A DNA stretch of 61,157 nt from a virus (taxonomy: Duplodnaviria > Caudoviricetes), in IMG/VR virus record IMGVR_UViG_3300037467_000294, positions 1 to 61,157 of that record; one strand, 5' to 3'. The notes beneath the pieces were generated by a model. That model saw only the letters and a program-made list of their open reading frames with translations, did no database searches and was not told where the DNA came from. Of the stretch, positions 18,330 through 28,482 are shown one piece after another. The translations under genes and the position numbers were made by a program. Positions within the stretch are counted from its first letter, which is position 1. The number at the start of each line of letters is the position of its first letter.

Positions 18330-19997
18330 TCAGCCTTGCCAGTCGATGTCACGTTGCATTTCCCGAAGCTCCCTCCGAAGGTTGGGCGGCATATCGTTAA
18401 GGCCCATCTCTGCGTGCATCGCATCAATCGCGTGCTCTCCGCGCATTCCGAACCCACCGTTCCAGTTTTTCGCGTTAATCATCTCCGCAGCAAGGCCATT
18501 TGCAGGCTCAGACGTATGCTCCCGATAGGCTGCACCGTCTGCGTAGTAGTCCATCGCTTCTGCAACGGGGTCGTTGATTTCCAGCACACGCATCGCACGG
18601 GTCACAGCGACGTACAGAAGGTTCTGTTCCATCTCGTTCAGGCCGACCCATTCGCCGCCGTCGTAGTGGCTCGGGAAGTCGTCCGCCAGCAGTACTTGGT
18701 CATGTTCACGGCCCTTCGACTTGTGGGCCGTAGTGTACACGATTGGAGCGTTCGCCGGGTTATGGAACCCTTCCAACGTACGTACGAAGCGGAAGTAATC
18801 TCCGCCTTCGATGATGTTGACGATGCGCTTCATCTCGCCAGCCATCTTCTCAGACTCTTCCTTGTACTCCTTCCACGTCGGGTACGGCAGGATATTCTCG
18901 TGCTTGACGTTCTTCATGTCGTCCTTGGACAGCGCGTACGCCGATTCCAGCAGGCGGAGGAAGTCTTTCACGTCGATTTCCAGACGGATGTTCTCGCCCT
19001 TCGAGATTGCAGCCACGGCGGTGTACAGCAGGCCGGAGTTCGTACGGAACAGGTACATATACGGCTTCGTACGATCCACCACGCCACGACCGATAGTCGA
19101 GGGCATATCGTCACGGCCAGTCAGCTTCATCTGGCCTTGCAGAACAGCGGTAGCAACGTCGGCAACGCCTTGACCGAAGCGGAAGCTTTTCGTCAGGTAT
19201 TCGCTGTGGCCGTCGATACGGGTCATAGCGTTGATCGCACCACGCCAGCCGTAGATCGCTTGGCGACGGTCGCCCACGAGGACGATCTTCGAACCCCTCT
19301 GTGCTTGCGTCATCACGATGTCCAGAACGCAAGGAGTGCTATCCTGCGCTTCGTCCAGATAGATGACGTTGTACGGCAGACGCGGTTTCGACAGTTGGAA
19401 CTGCTTCAGGTACGTATCGTGCGTTGCCAGCACCGGGCTACCCGGATCGATGCGATCCTGCCACAGACGCTTGGCGAGACGCAGAACGTATTCACCCGAC
19501 GACGGATCGGCCTTCAGAGCCTTTTCCATGTCGAAACGCGGCAGATGGTTCGCGGTAATCTCCATGTCGGCGGATTGCTCGAAGCGTTCCACAGTCTGAC
19601 GGACGAACAGGCCGACAGCGTTTTCCGTGATAGCGAGCGTTCCCAGCTCCATGTCCATGATGCAGCCGATCTTGTAGAAGCGGGCGATTTCCGTGCCGGT
19701 GAATGCCACATTGACGTAGCCACCCTTCGGACGGTTCAGCTTGTCCATCAGCGCACGGCCGAACTTGGCGAACGCGAGGCTGTGAGTGGTCTTGCACGTC
19801 ACGTGCGACGGGAACTTCTCCGACGCTTCCGTAGCGGTCACTTTGTTGAATGCGATGTACAGGGACGATTGTGCCAGCTCTTCGGACACGAGTTTGAGGG
19901 TCGAGGTCTTGCCACTACCTGCGCCCGCTTCGATCTTCACAATCATGTACTTGATTGCAGCGGCGATACAGTTGAGTTGTTGTTCGGTAGGCTTCAT
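18330..19997 (-). CDS. UvrD/Rep-like SF1 helicase
   Basis: AGAGSGKT, LDEAQD, VGDRRQAIYGWRGA, TAHKSKGRE and YVAVTRA. Confidence 0.95.
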   Translation of the reverse strand: MKPTEQQLNCIAAAIKYMIVKIEAGAGSGKTSTLKLVSEELAQSSLYIAFNKVTATEASEKFPSHVTCKTTHSLAFAKFGRALMDKLNRPKGGYVNVAFTGTEIARFYKIGCIMDMELGTLAITENAVGLFVRQTVERFEQSADMEITANHLPRFDMEKALKADPSSGEYVLRLAKRLWQDRIDPGSPVLATHDTYLKQFQLSKPRLPYNVIYLDEAQDSTPCVLDIVMTQAQRGSKIVLVGDRRQAIYGWRGAINAMTRIDGHSEYLTKSFRFGQGVADVATAVLQGQMKLTGRDDMPSTIGRGVVDRTKPYMYLFRTNSGLLYTAVAAISKGENIRLEIDVKDFLRLLESAYALSKDDMKNVKHENILPYPTWKEYKEESEKMAGEMKRIVNIIEGGDYFRFVRTLEGFHNPANAPIVYTTAHKSKGREHDQVLLADDFPSHYDGGEWVGLNEMEQNLLYVAVTRAMRVLEINDPVAEAMDYYADGAAYREHTSEPANGLAAEMINAKNWNGGFGMRGEHAIDAMHAEMGLNDMPPNLRRELREMQRDIDWQG

Positions 19998-20026
19998 GTG
20001 TTCTCCGTTGGTTGGTTAGTGAGGCC

Positions 20027-20055
20027 ATTATACGTAGGTAGCGCTACGAACGCAA
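20027..20055 (-). promoter_or_regulatory. Sigma70 promoter with a perfect GTAGCGCTAC palindrome in the spacer
   Basis: TTGCGT-17 bp-TATAAT. Confidence 0.7.
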
Positions 20056-20096
20056 GCCCTTCACAAAAAGAAAACCGCCCCGGAGGGCGGTTGTTG

Positions 20097-20207
20097 TCAG
20101 CCGTAGTTACTGCCGAGCCAGATCAGCAGGAAGATGAGCAGGAACAGCGCTGCGTCTTCCGCCAGAACGAGCATGAGTGCGAACAGAATGATGATTCCCA
20201 GAAGCAT
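20097..20207 (-). CDS. Small hydrophobic membrane peptide (36 aa)
   Basis: MLLGIIILFALMLVLAEDAALFLLIFLLIWLGSNYG, followed by a terminator hairpin. Confidence 0.5.
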   Translation of the reverse strand: MLLGIIILFALMLVLAEDAALFLLIFLLIWLGSNYG

Positions 20208-20209
20208 AG

Positions 20210-20464
20210 TTACCCTTTCTTGTGTAGTTTGCTATGCAGGAAGGTAGACGTAATGCTACCAAGCCCGCCTCCGAGGCCGATTGCCAAGACGACCCACCCC
20301 ATTCCGTTGTGGACCACGTTGAGCAGGATGATAGCCTCGCATGCAGCCATCACCATACTCGTCGGCAGAATCCACCAGTACTTCCTGTGTATCACATTGA
20401 GCTGCTGAAACGACCGCAGCCCGATGTTCAGGAAGCTCGTAATGAACGCTAGGAAGTAAATCAC
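20210..20464 (-). CDS. Small multi-TM membrane protein
   Basis: Three hydrophobic segments. Confidence 0.7.
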   Translation of the reverse strand: MIYFLAFITSFLNIGLRSFQQLNVIHRKYWWILPTSMVMAACEAIILLNVVHNGMGWVVLAIGLGGGLGSITSTFLHSKLHKKG

Positions 20465-21759
20465 TTCTGATCCAGCGTGTAGTGCTTCGGGTTCTTCCCG
20501 GCGTGAAGCTCGTTCAGGCTCTTCACGATGTCCTTCAGGGCGTCACGTTCCTTCAGGTATCCCGACATCTTCAAGCGGTCATCGATCAGCATACCGGCAG
20601 CACGGGCTTCCAGCAGGATTGCGATGTTCGCCAGCACGCCACCGAGATTCGGCACGCCGTCAGCCGGGTCGAACTCTTCGCCAGCAGCCCACGCGTTCAG
20701 GTGACGCATTGCAGCAGCGATGTAGATCGACGCTTCCACCGGAGTGTTGGCGAAGTTGGCCTTGCCGTACTTCAGCGAACCGTTGTACAGACCGAGTGCA
20801 CCGTACGCGGATGCCAGCGGGCTCCACATATTCAGCGGGACCGATTGCACACCGTACTGCTTCTTCGGGTTCGTATCCGGAGCTTTTGCGTCGATTTCCG
20901 CACACATACTCATGAACCGCTCGCTCGTGGATTCCACCGGGATTGCTAGCGGTTTGCCGATGCTGTCAGCCAGTGCATCCACCATCTCTTCCTGCGTGAC
21001 GGTCTTCGTCACACGCTCGCTCTCCGGTTGGATACGGTACGCTACGATGTCGCCACCATTACCTTTGTGCTCCCAGTAGCATTTGTCCGTGTTCTGACTG
21101 GCTACGTTCGAATTGAACCCGGCCCGGAACTTGATTTGCACGTAGTCTTCAGCTTTTACCGGGCACGAGCCACCAGTCCATTTGATCCATTCGCCTTCAA
21201 CCGTTACCGGCTTCGGCTTGTGCGTGTTACGCGCATGGACCTTGTAGCTGACGATGGTAGAAGAACCGATATCGTTCGCCCAGTTCCATACGCCTGCGTT
21301 CGCAGTGTGAACTTCACCGCTTGCGAACTTGACTGACACAATCTCGTCCTTCCGAACCGGGCAACCGACGAAGCAGTTCTTTCGTGCCGTCGCATCCCAC
21401 TTACGCTTTGCACGGCACTTCTTCGATTCCTTGTTCTCACGGCGCTTGATGGCCTTCACTTCTGCGGCGGCTTCCATTACGTATTCGCGAGTTACCTCCT
21501 TGAAAGGAGTGTCGCCAGCCTCGATATACTGGTTCGGTGTCGCGTGAGGGTCCGAACTGTGCATCAGTTGGCCGTCTGGGTGTATGGAAATGTACGTCCG
21601 CGCGCTATCATTGATGTCACGGGTGACGCCGCTCTTCCACCGTGCCCACGTGAAGCCCATCGTGAAGAGCGCCTTTTGCAGTTCTGCGTCAGGTCCGTAA
21701 CCGATTCGCACATACGTGTTCTTCAACTTCGACGTGATTGCTGCGGTTGCTTTACTCAT
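20461..21759 (-). CDS. Multidomain protein with C-terminal dATP/dGTP diphosphohydrolase (DUF5664-like) domain
   Basis: TNPK...GSLKYGKANF...AAMRHL...GEEFDPADGVPNL...IDDR; two CPV...IVxY repeats upstream; start MSKATAA. Confidence 0.8.
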   Translation of the reverse strand: MSKATAAITSKLKNTYVRIGYGPDAELQKALFTMGFTWARWKSGVTRDINDSARTYISIHPDGQLMHSSDPHATPNQYIEAGDTPFKEVTREYVMEAAAEVKAIKRRENKESKKCRAKRKWDATARKNCFVGCPVRKDEIVSVKFASGEVHTANAGVWNWANDIGSSTIVSYKVHARNTHKPKPVTVEGEWIKWTGGSCPVKAEDYVQIKFRAGFNSNVASQNTDKCYWEHKGNGGDIVAYRIQPESERVTKTVTQEEMVDALADSIGKPLAIPVESTSERFMSMCAEIDAKAPDTNPKKQYGVQSVPLNMWSPLASAYGALGLYNGSLKYGKANFANTPVEASIYIAAAMRHLNAWAAGEEFDPADGVPNLGGVLANIAILLEARAAGMLIDDRLKMSGYLKERDALKDIVKSLNELHAGKNPKHYTLDQK

Positions 21760-21785
21760 ATTTTCTCCTTGGTTGGTTGGTAGTG

Positions 21786-22130
21786 TTACTGATGGCAGAC
21801 GAAACGGCCAGCCTTGGCATTGATCGCAACGCGCTGGTTGTATGTCAGCGTATCGCACACATCTACCGTATGCACGACCACAGGATGTGCTACGACTACC
21901 GGGTGCGGAACAATCACGGGAGCCACGATGACGGGACGTGGAGCGGCGACGGCCACAGGATGCGGAGCCACGACGACAGGGTGTGCTACGACCGTAACGT
22001 GTGGAGCAACGTGTGCCACCGACACGTGGGCGACGGATGCGTGTGCAGCCACCGGGAATGCTTCGGCCTTCTTGCCGCATGCGGTCAGGGCCAGAGTCAG
22101 AATGGATGCGATCAGCAGGGATTTCTTCAC
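21786..22130 (-). CDS. Lipoprotein with Val/His/Pro repeats
   Basis: Lipobox LALTAC; repeated HPVVV/APH units. Confidence 0.7.
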   Translation of the reverse strand: MKKSLLIASILTLALTACGKKAEAFPVAAHASVAHVSVAHVAPHVTVVAHPVVVAPHPVAVAAPRPVIVAPVIVPHPVVVAHPVVVHTVDVCDTLTYNQRVAINAKAGRFVCHQ

Positions 22131-22163
22131 TGTATTTCTCCTTCGTTGGTTATGGAAGTACGT

Positions 22164-22192
22164 AGCTTACACTACGTACGTCCGTTTGTCAA
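22164..22192 (-). promoter_or_regulatory. Sigma70 promoter
   Basis: TTGACA-17 bp-TAAGCT. Confidence 0.65.
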
Positions 22193-23952
22193 AACTCTTT
22201 TGTACCGTTCTTCGAAAGCCAGTCGTCCTTGTCCCACATGGTATGGGTTTCGTTCGAATAGTAGTATTCGCCTGCTACGCCGGTTTTGCCGGTCCAGCGA
22301 ATCTTACTTGCCTTCATTCGAGTGGTATTGCGCTCGATTTCGTCTTCCGCTTCCTTGTTACGGGTGAACAGCAGGTTACACGCACCAGATTTGAAGATGG
22401 ACGAGCTACCTTGCATATCCTCTTCGAACAGGTCTGCACCCGTCGAGTTCGCCTTCTGTCCGCCACCGCTCTTACGAACGTGGTTGACGTTGATGAACGT
22501 GACATCGTGCGACTTCAGCATGCCCTTCATCCACTTCAGGAAGACAGCTTGCTCTTCGTTCGTCATGCCGTCCAGAATGTCCTGCAACGGGTCCAGAATG
22601 ATGAGCTGGCAACCGCACGCGATAATCAGCTCTTCGATCTTCGCCTTCATCGAATCGAGGCCACCGTCGCGGTCTTCGATAAGGTAGAAGCGATCCGTAC
22701 CATCCGGCATGAAGTACAGCTCTTTTTCCTTCTCCCGAACATAGTCCGAGTCGAGGTATGCCAGCTTGTCCGTTTCGTCTTCGATCAGGTCGATCTTCCG
22801 TCCGACGTGTCGGCTCAGAATCTTCGTACCGTACTGTCCGCTGTCGCTTTCGAGCGTAACGATACCTACCTTGTATGGACTGTTGAAAATCCAGTAGTAC
22901 GTCATCTCGTCAACGATGGTGGACTTGCCGGTGCCTGATGCGGAGCCGAGGTTGATGATCGTCTTGAGCGGGAAGCCCCCGGCCATCATCTTTTGCAGCT
23001 TGTGCATGAACGGAGGCAGCGGAATCTTCTTCATTCCGGCAGCTTCACGAATCTTGTCACCCAGTCCGCTCGATCCCACGATACCGTCCGGCGTGTACGG
23101 CTTGGCCTTGAAGTAGTTGTTGACGAACTCCTTCTCCAACCCCGCCTGCAACATCGCGTTCGGGTCTTTGCGGGACCACTTGGCGACGTACACCTTACCC
23201 TTCGGCAGTACCTTCGCGTACTTGTGCATGGCCTTCTCGCCCGCTTCGTCGTTATCCAACCCGATGATGATGCGGTCGAACTTGTTGAACCACTCGTACT
23301 GCGCCTGAATCTGCTTGACGCTACCACCTTCACCGACAGTCGGGGACACGACCGGGACAGCATCGTAGCCCTTCGACTCTTGGTACTCCGCCAACATTTG
23401 GTAGGCCGACAGTTGGTCTACCTCGCCGCCGACGATGACGACTACACGGCCACCATTGGGGAACCGGAATTGCCCCACGAGGTCGCAGTCTTTACCAACA
23501 ACTCCAACGGGACCGCTGAAGTCTTTAGGGAACTGTCGCACCTTGTATCCGACAAGCTTTCCGCCGATAGTCGTAGGGACGTATTGTGCGTCCGGTTCAC
23601 CAGTTTCTTCGTCGTAGGTATAGCGGACACCGAAGAACTTGTTTGTATCGTCCTTGATGCCACGCCAGCCCTTCGATTTGATGCCGGTGTATGTCTTGAT
23701 CTGTTCATTTTCTTCCTTGGTTAATGGTTCCTTCGTACTCACTTCTTCCTCGCTTTCGTCTTCATCGTCAATGCCGCGTGCTTCTCTTTCTTCGTCACTG
23801 AGGATGGTGAACTCGCACGCGTGGCAGTACGCCCCTTTACCCTCGCCATAAACTTGCAAGTTGTCCTTCGCCGTATCCCGACCGTTCCGGGCACAGCGAG
23901 GACACTGGCAATTATGGGGATACGACAGGTCGATGCCCCACTTGTTTTCCAT
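22189..23952 (-). CDS. DNA primase-helicase (T7 gp4-like)
   Basis: Zn finger CPRC/CHAC, TOPRIM GEVD and DNDEAG, Walker A SGTGKST and ILDPL. Confidence 0.95.
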   Translation of the reverse strand: MENKWGIDLSYPHNCQCPRCARNGRDTAKDNLQVYGEGKGAYCHACEFTILSDEEREARGIDDEDESEEEVSTKEPLTKEENEQIKTYTGIKSKGWRGIKDDTNKFFGVRYTYDEETGEPDAQYVPTTIGGKLVGYKVRQFPKDFSGPVGVVGKDCDLVGQFRFPNGGRVVVIVGGEVDQLSAYQMLAEYQESKGYDAVPVVSPTVGEGGSVKQIQAQYEWFNKFDRIIIGLDNDEAGEKAMHKYAKVLPKGKVYVAKWSRKDPNAMLQAGLEKEFVNNYFKAKPYTPDGIVGSSGLGDKIREAAGMKKIPLPPFMHKLQKMMAGGFPLKTIINLGSASGTGKSTIVDEMTYYWIFNSPYKVGIVTLESDSGQYGTKILSRHVGRKIDLIEDETDKLAYLDSDYVREKEKELYFMPDGTDRFYLIEDRDGGLDSMKAKIEELIIACGCQLIILDPLQDILDGMTNEEQAVFLKWMKGMLKSHDVTFINVNHVRKSGGGQKANSTGADLFEEDMQGSSSIFKSGACNLLFTRNKEAEDEIERNTTRMKASKIRWTGKTGVAGEYYYSNETHTMWDKDDWLSKNGTKEF

Positions 23953-24333
23953 CTACACTTCCTTCCTTCCGTAGTAGCAGTACACTCCCATCGGGTCTTT
24001 TTGCTCAAGCGTCGAGCGTATCCGATAACGCATGAACTCCAAAGCTTCGGGCTTCACGTACTCGTCAATCCAGAGATGTGAAATCTGGTATCCGGCATAC
24101 TCGCGAACATCCCTGTCGGCATGCCGCAACATAACCTTACCCCCGTCCTTATGGGTAATCGAACGGCTATGAGCGTCGTACGTGAAGCCAGATATCTTAC
24201 TCGTTGTGAGGAATTTCCACAAGGCATTTTCGCTTGTAGCCTTACCACACATGATTATCGAGACAGTGTTCGGACAAGCCTTGGCTTGCACCAAGGCCCG
24301 TTGCCCTATCGTTTTAAGCTGACGGGCCAACAT
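23953..24333 (-). CDS. Hypothetical protein
   Basis: ORF in the operon; GYQISHLWIDE resembles a Walker B segment. Confidence 0.6.
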   Translation of the reverse strand: MLARQLKTIGQRALVQAKACPNTVSIIMCGKATSENALWKFLTTSKISGFTYDAHSRSITHKDGGKVMLRHADRDVREYAGYQISHLWIDEYVKPEALEFMRYRIRSTLEQKDPMGVYCYYGRKEV

Positions 24334-25351
24334 AGTTCTCGCCCGGAATGAGCTTACGATATTGAATCCAACCCTTCAGATTTCCGCTCCACAGCTTGTG
24401 ATTGCGGTCCATGTGTGTGATACCTTCTTCCCACGTTGACGGAATTCCGGGGATGTTCGTTCCGACCCCGTTGTCATAATCCGTTTCAGCGATTGGTTTT
24501 GCGCAATGCTCGAACGCAGAAGCATGCTTTTTCTCGTCGCCCACCAGACGGTCGTACACTTCCAGCGACTTCTCCAGCCCGTAGCCTTCGTTACGGTAGC
24601 TGACAGCAGCGCAGCGAGCACACGAAATCTTGATCGCCTGTTCCAGCGTCAGCAGTGTAGCCTCATCCCCGCCCGGTGCAGGAGGCAGGAAGAACACCTG
24701 ACGGCTCGTGTCTTCCGGCTTCATCTCATCCGGTTCTAGGAAGTACCAGTCTACGTACGGTAAGTGCCATTCGCCAGCTTCCAGCAGCACAGGCGTAGAA
24801 GCCTTACGGGCTTCGTTCATCACGCGGGCCAGCTCTGCCAGCGACGGATCAGCGGCCGAGTGGTCACGGAGCCAGAAGAAGTTCTCCCACTCCGTAGCCG
24901 AGATGACAGTCTTCATCATCTGCCACGGTTCCAGCAGGCGATTGTACACTTGCTTGTGGTAGCCAGCGTTACTAAAGCTCTCCGCAAGTTCGATAGCAGC
25001 TTCTTTGCCTGATTCCCAAGCCTCTTCCGGCGTCTTCGACTCTGGCCTCCACTCTCCGTAGGAGTGCTCCCATACGTCAACAAATGCATTGAAATCGACT
25101 CCCTGATCCTGCATACCGGCCTGATTCGCACCGAAGCGTACCGGACGACCGTTCAGTTGCTCGACCATTTTCTTGAACGGGACGGCACGGGAGCTGAACG
25201 AATTCTTCGACAGCATCTTGTGCGTGTTCAGTTCCGCCAGAACGATACGCGGGTATTCGATTTCGAACGTCAGGAACCGGACCCCTGCCTTGTTGATCGA
25301 GTCAGCGAGGATGGTAGCCTTGATTCCGTATTTACCTTGAATCGTCAGCAT
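24314..25351 (-). CDS. thyX: Flavin-dependent thymidylate synthase
   Basis: PRIVLAELNTHK..SKNSFSSRAVP, HKQVYNRLLEP and HASAFEH (phage Thy1 type). Confidence 0.85.
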   Translation of the reverse strand: MLTIQGKYGIKATILADSINKAGVRFLTFEIEYPRIVLAELNTHKMLSKNSFSSRAVPFKKMVEQLNGRPVRFGANQAGMQDQGVDFNAFVDVWEHSYGEWRPESKTPEEAWESGKEAAIELAESFSNAGYHKQVYNRLLEPWQMMKTVISATEWENFFWLRDHSAADPSLAELARVMNEARKASTPVLLEAGEWHLPYVDWYFLEPDEMKPEDTSRQVFFLPPAPGGDEATLLTLEQAIKISCARCAAVSYRNEGYGLEKSLEVYDRLVGDEKKHASAFEHCAKPIAETDYDNGVGTNIPGIPSTWEEGITHMDRNHKLWSGNLKGWIQYRKLIPGENYVGPSA

Positions 25352-25686
25352 TACTCCCCCACGATATCAAGGATGCGCTTGATCTGTTCCAGCGACAGTT
25401 GCTTGCGGACGAAGATAGCGGTGTTGTCCTTGTTCACTTCGACGTTGTACGTCACTTTCTCAACCGCCTCTTCCGGGACTGGTTCCAGAGGCGTCAGGCG
25501 TTTGATATTGACGTATGCCGTTGCCTTATCGGACACGCGGCGGAAATGTGGGTTCAGGCTTCCATCGTCAAAGATGAACTCCAGCACGTCGCCAGTATTA
25601 AACTTGTGGTGACGCTCCCCGTCAACATCTTTGGACACCACGTACTTCTGTCCGATGACGAAGCCGTTATTGGTTGCGATAGTCAT
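25351..25686 (-). CDS. Hypothetical protein
   Basis: ORF with AAGGAG RBS. Confidence 0.7.
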   Translation of the reverse strand: MTIATNNGFVIGQKYVVSKDVDGERHHKFNTGDVLEFIFDDGSLNPHFRRVSDKATAYVNIKRLTPLEPVPEEAVEKVTYNVEVNKDNTAIFVRKQLSLEQIKRILDIVGE

Positions 25687-26144
25687 TTGTGTTTCTCCTT
25701 TGGTTTGCGGGGCATGTAAAAAGCATGCTTTCCGATGGTTAGAATTCGTTTCATCCTAGCGGCCCATTTGGGCCGTACATTGTTGCTATGAAAGTACGTA
25801 GCGTTACCAGCGACAGGCGCTATTCTACGGACTTTCGACAAGCGTTGCAACATCTCTTCGGTCGCTGTCAACCTCATGCCGCGATGGTAGCCGGAGAACT
25901 GCTTGTACTCAGTTACTACCTCGCAAGCTGTAAGCTTACGTATTTCCATCCGGTGCTTGACGACATCATACACGGCACGCTGGCCCCGCAGTGGTTCACC
26001 ACGGGCTTCGTCATTAATGACCCATGCCATGCAGATGTCTTCTCGCGACACAGCCGGAGCTGGCGGGATGTGCGGCGGGGTTGCCAGCGTGTTCGTGACC
26101 AATGATGTACATAGCACTACCACACTAAGCAACCGTCTTATCAT
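25683..26144 (-). CDS. SleB-like cell wall hydrolase
   Basis: EARGE, QFS, ATYFH, PKWA and IGKHAFY; N-terminal hydrophobic segment. Confidence 0.9.
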   Translation of the reverse strand: MIRRLLSVVVLCTSLVTNTLATPPHIPPAPAVSREDICMAWVINDEARGEPLRGQRAVYDVVKHRMEIRKLTACEVVTEYKQFSGYHRGMRLTATEEMLQRLSKVRRIAPVAGNATYFHSNNVRPKWAARMKRILTIGKHAFYMPRKPKEKHK

Positions 26145-26704
26145 CTCCCATGCCTTTCAGTATAGCCCGCACCTTCACTGTTGAGAGTTGCGATACGCCT
26201 GTCACGCTCCTGTTTCGCCAACTCCAGTGCCCTATTATACCCTAAATCATCAACGGAGAAGTACTTGTTTCGCACCTTCCCGTTAACTCTCCATGTCGTA
26301 GCTACGTAAGTCCTGTTACCGTTGCGCTTTATATTCGTTCCAGTAACGCCAGTCTTATTATCAGCTCGTTTAGGTTTGTTACGACTCTGCACGGAATGGT
26401 CCGCCACGCGAAGATTATTCTTCCGATTATTGAAGCCGTTACCGTCCTCGTGGTCGATCTGTACATCCTGAGACAATTGTACATTGTTCGCCAGCATGTA
26501 CACGGCCCTATGCACCATCAGGGAGCGGAGTTTCCAATAACCTTCCCGCTTCGTACCAGCTACAGAGTCTTTCGCAGCCATCAAACGTGTGTAGCCTCTT
26601 CCAGACCAGCGGTCTACCTTCCAACGAAGCCCGCTTTCACTGGCTTCGTCGTAGTAGAATATCGACTGTAGCTGCGCTAACGTTAATTTATTGGATACCT
26701 CCAT
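26141..26704 (-). CDS. HNH homing endonuclease with AP2-like domain
   Basis: VHR...IDHEDGNGFNNRKNNLR, then NKTGVTG and KYFSV. Confidence 0.88.
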   Translation of the reverse strand: MEVSNKLTLAQLQSIFYYDEASESGLRWKVDRWSGRGYTRLMAAKDSVAGTKREGYWKLRSLMVHRAVYMLANNVQLSQDVQIDHEDGNGFNNRKNNLRVADHSVQSRNKPKRADNKTGVTGTNIKRNGNRTYVATTWRVNGKVRNKYFSVDDLGYNRALELAKQERDRRIATLNSEGAGYTERHGR

Positions 26705-26707
26705 ACT

Positions 26708-27850
26708 TCACTTCCCTGTGGCAATCAGATAACTGTTCGATACAGCCTTGAAGCTGAAGTCACGGTCCATAGCCTTCGCTACGAAACCTTCCCGCTTTAC
26801 CCCTGCATTATCACTTGGACCTTCTGCGTAATCAAGGCACTTCGCAACGATGTCATCACCGGGTTTGTACCCAACAACGTCACGTAACGTCCCTTCGGCA
26901 AGGATCGTAACATGCGGGATACTCAGTTGACGGCAGAAGTCTTGCCGCTGCTTAGGCAGCATGTACTCTTGTCTATCGATGGAGAACACATCGAAGCAGT
27001 GCACTTCGACATCATCCACCTTCTCATAGTTACCCTGAATATCCGGCGCTACAAGCTCAAGCTGGACAGCGACCGAACCTTTAAAATAGTTCAGCTCGTC
27101 CAGAACTTTTGCAGCACCCTTGTGAAAGTTAGTGCTACCTTCCAGCTTCAGTTGCAAATTACGGGAGCAGATACCGTACACAGGTTCAGCCTTCTTGAAG
27201 AAGTTAAGAAATCGCTGACCGAACGACAGTTCCTTATTATCTCGCGCTTTTGCATCCTTGTAGTACGGCGAATCCGGCATTACCTTAAATACCGTAAGAG
27301 AGCTTCCATCCTTCTTCAGTGAAAATTCGAATTCCGTGTCGAGGCTCTGCTCTACCATACGTCCAAAGTTTTGCACGCGTTCCTGATCCGTTTTACGGAT
27401 GTAATAAGGGAACGGTCTGTTTTTGGCTCCGGTTGCTGCACCGTTGTTCGCAGCTTTCTCTTCCGGTGCTTCCCACTTCTGGACGCCGAGGGCTTCGGTA
27501 ACGTCCATGCCACGGCTTTCAGCCGGGATGCGTTCGTAGTCTGGGACCACACTCAGCGGAAGCAGCAGACCTTGCGACAGCGTTTTGCGCAGCTTGATCG
27601 TCTTCAGGCGCTCGCCCTTGATGCCGTTGTATTCCTTCGGTTCGTAGCCTTCTTTCGTCAGGAACGGGGCGACGGTGTTCGGGACAAAACTGTCGATTTC
27701 GAAGTAGACGGCCAGTTGGCCTTCGGTGAACTCGCCCTTCTTCACGACGACTTGCCAGCCATCGACCAGAGCGATTTCGATCTTGTCTGCACCAGCGATG
27801 GGCAGGATTTGTTTGATGCGACGGATGGTCGCCAGTTTGCGTTCAGCCAT
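26708..27850 (-). CDS. ATP-dependent RNA ligase (DRB0094/Rnl5 family)
   Basis: N-terminal RKLATIRRI..IAGADKIE, KTDQERVQN, KKDGSS, REGFV and SFKAVS. Confidence 0.9.
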   Translation of the reverse strand: MAERKLATIRRIKQILPIAGADKIEIALVDGWQVVVKKGEFTEGQLAVYFEIDSFVPNTVAPFLTKEGYEPKEYNGIKGERLKTIKLRKTLSQGLLLPLSVVPDYERIPAESRGMDVTEALGVQKWEAPEEKAANNGAATGAKNRPFPYYIRKTDQERVQNFGRMVEQSLDTEFEFSLKKDGSSLTVFKVMPDSPYYKDAKARDNKELSFGQRFLNFFKKAEPVYGICSRNLQLKLEGSTNFHKGAAKVLDELNYFKGSVAVQLELVAPDIQGNYEKVDDVEVHCFDVFSIDRQEYMLPKQRQDFCRQLSIPHVTILAEGTLRDVVGYKPGDDIVAKCLDYAEGPSDNAGVKREGFVAKAMDRDFSFKAVSNSYLIATGK

Positions 27851-27898
27851 TGTTTCTCTCCTTGTTCAGTTTGGTTGGTTGTTCACGTTACGTGAACG

Positions 27899-28447
27899 TT
27901 ATTCGTCAAATTGGCCTTCGACCAGTTTCACTTTGGCACAGCCCACGCGGTCATCGTTCGCCTCTTCGTCAGCCCGTGCACGGCTGGACCAACTGGCTCC
28001 GGCATGAAGCTCGCCGCCTCGTTTGTAAACGTTGAAGTACACTTCCTTCTCCAGCGGCTTCTCTTCCACGTTACGCAGCTTGAATGCCGGATGATTGCAC
28101 GATGGTTCGCCCTTGCCGTTGAACTTCATCACGTAGTCTCGATCCCCGACGTAGCCAACGATGTTGAACGCGCCACGGCCTTCTTTGGACAGCAGAACGA
28201 ACGGTTCGCCGCTGATAGTTTCCAGCGGCTTCGACAGGTTCAGCGCTGGAACTGGCTCTTCGTGCAACTTGAAGCGTTGCGGGAAGTAGCCTTGGCTCCG
28301 GCCTTGGTCGTTGATGACATTCACGTTCGTGTCGTATGTTTGGTCCACTGCTACCTCGTAGACTTTGCCGGTAGTAAGGTAGTTCATCTCGCTACCGTCG
28401 ATCATGTCGCCGTTTACGACGGTAACCTTATCGCCTTTTTTAAACAT
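27899..28447 (-). CDS. Hypothetical protein
   Basis: 182-aa ORF with AAGGAG RBS and an upstream promoter. Confidence 0.75.
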   Translation of the reverse strand: MFKKGDKVTVVNGDMIDGSEMNYLTTGKVYEVAVDQTYDTNVNVINDQGRSQGYFPQRFKLHEEPVPALNLSKPLETISGEPFVLLSKEGRGAFNIVGYVGDRDYVMKFNGKGEPSCNHPAFKLRNVEEKPLEKEVYFNVYKRGGELHAGASWSSRARADEEANDDRVGCAKVKLVEGQFDE

Positions 28448-28482
28448 TGTTCTTCTCCTTGGTTAATTCGGTAGGAAGCGCT

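Noticed and set aside
18336-20408. 690-aa plus-strand ORF and other long antisense ORFs (e.g. 9723-11078, 15613-16779, 28720-29973)
   Set aside because: They mirror well-supported minus-strand genes, lack RBSs and motifs, and are the expected shadow of biased codon usage.
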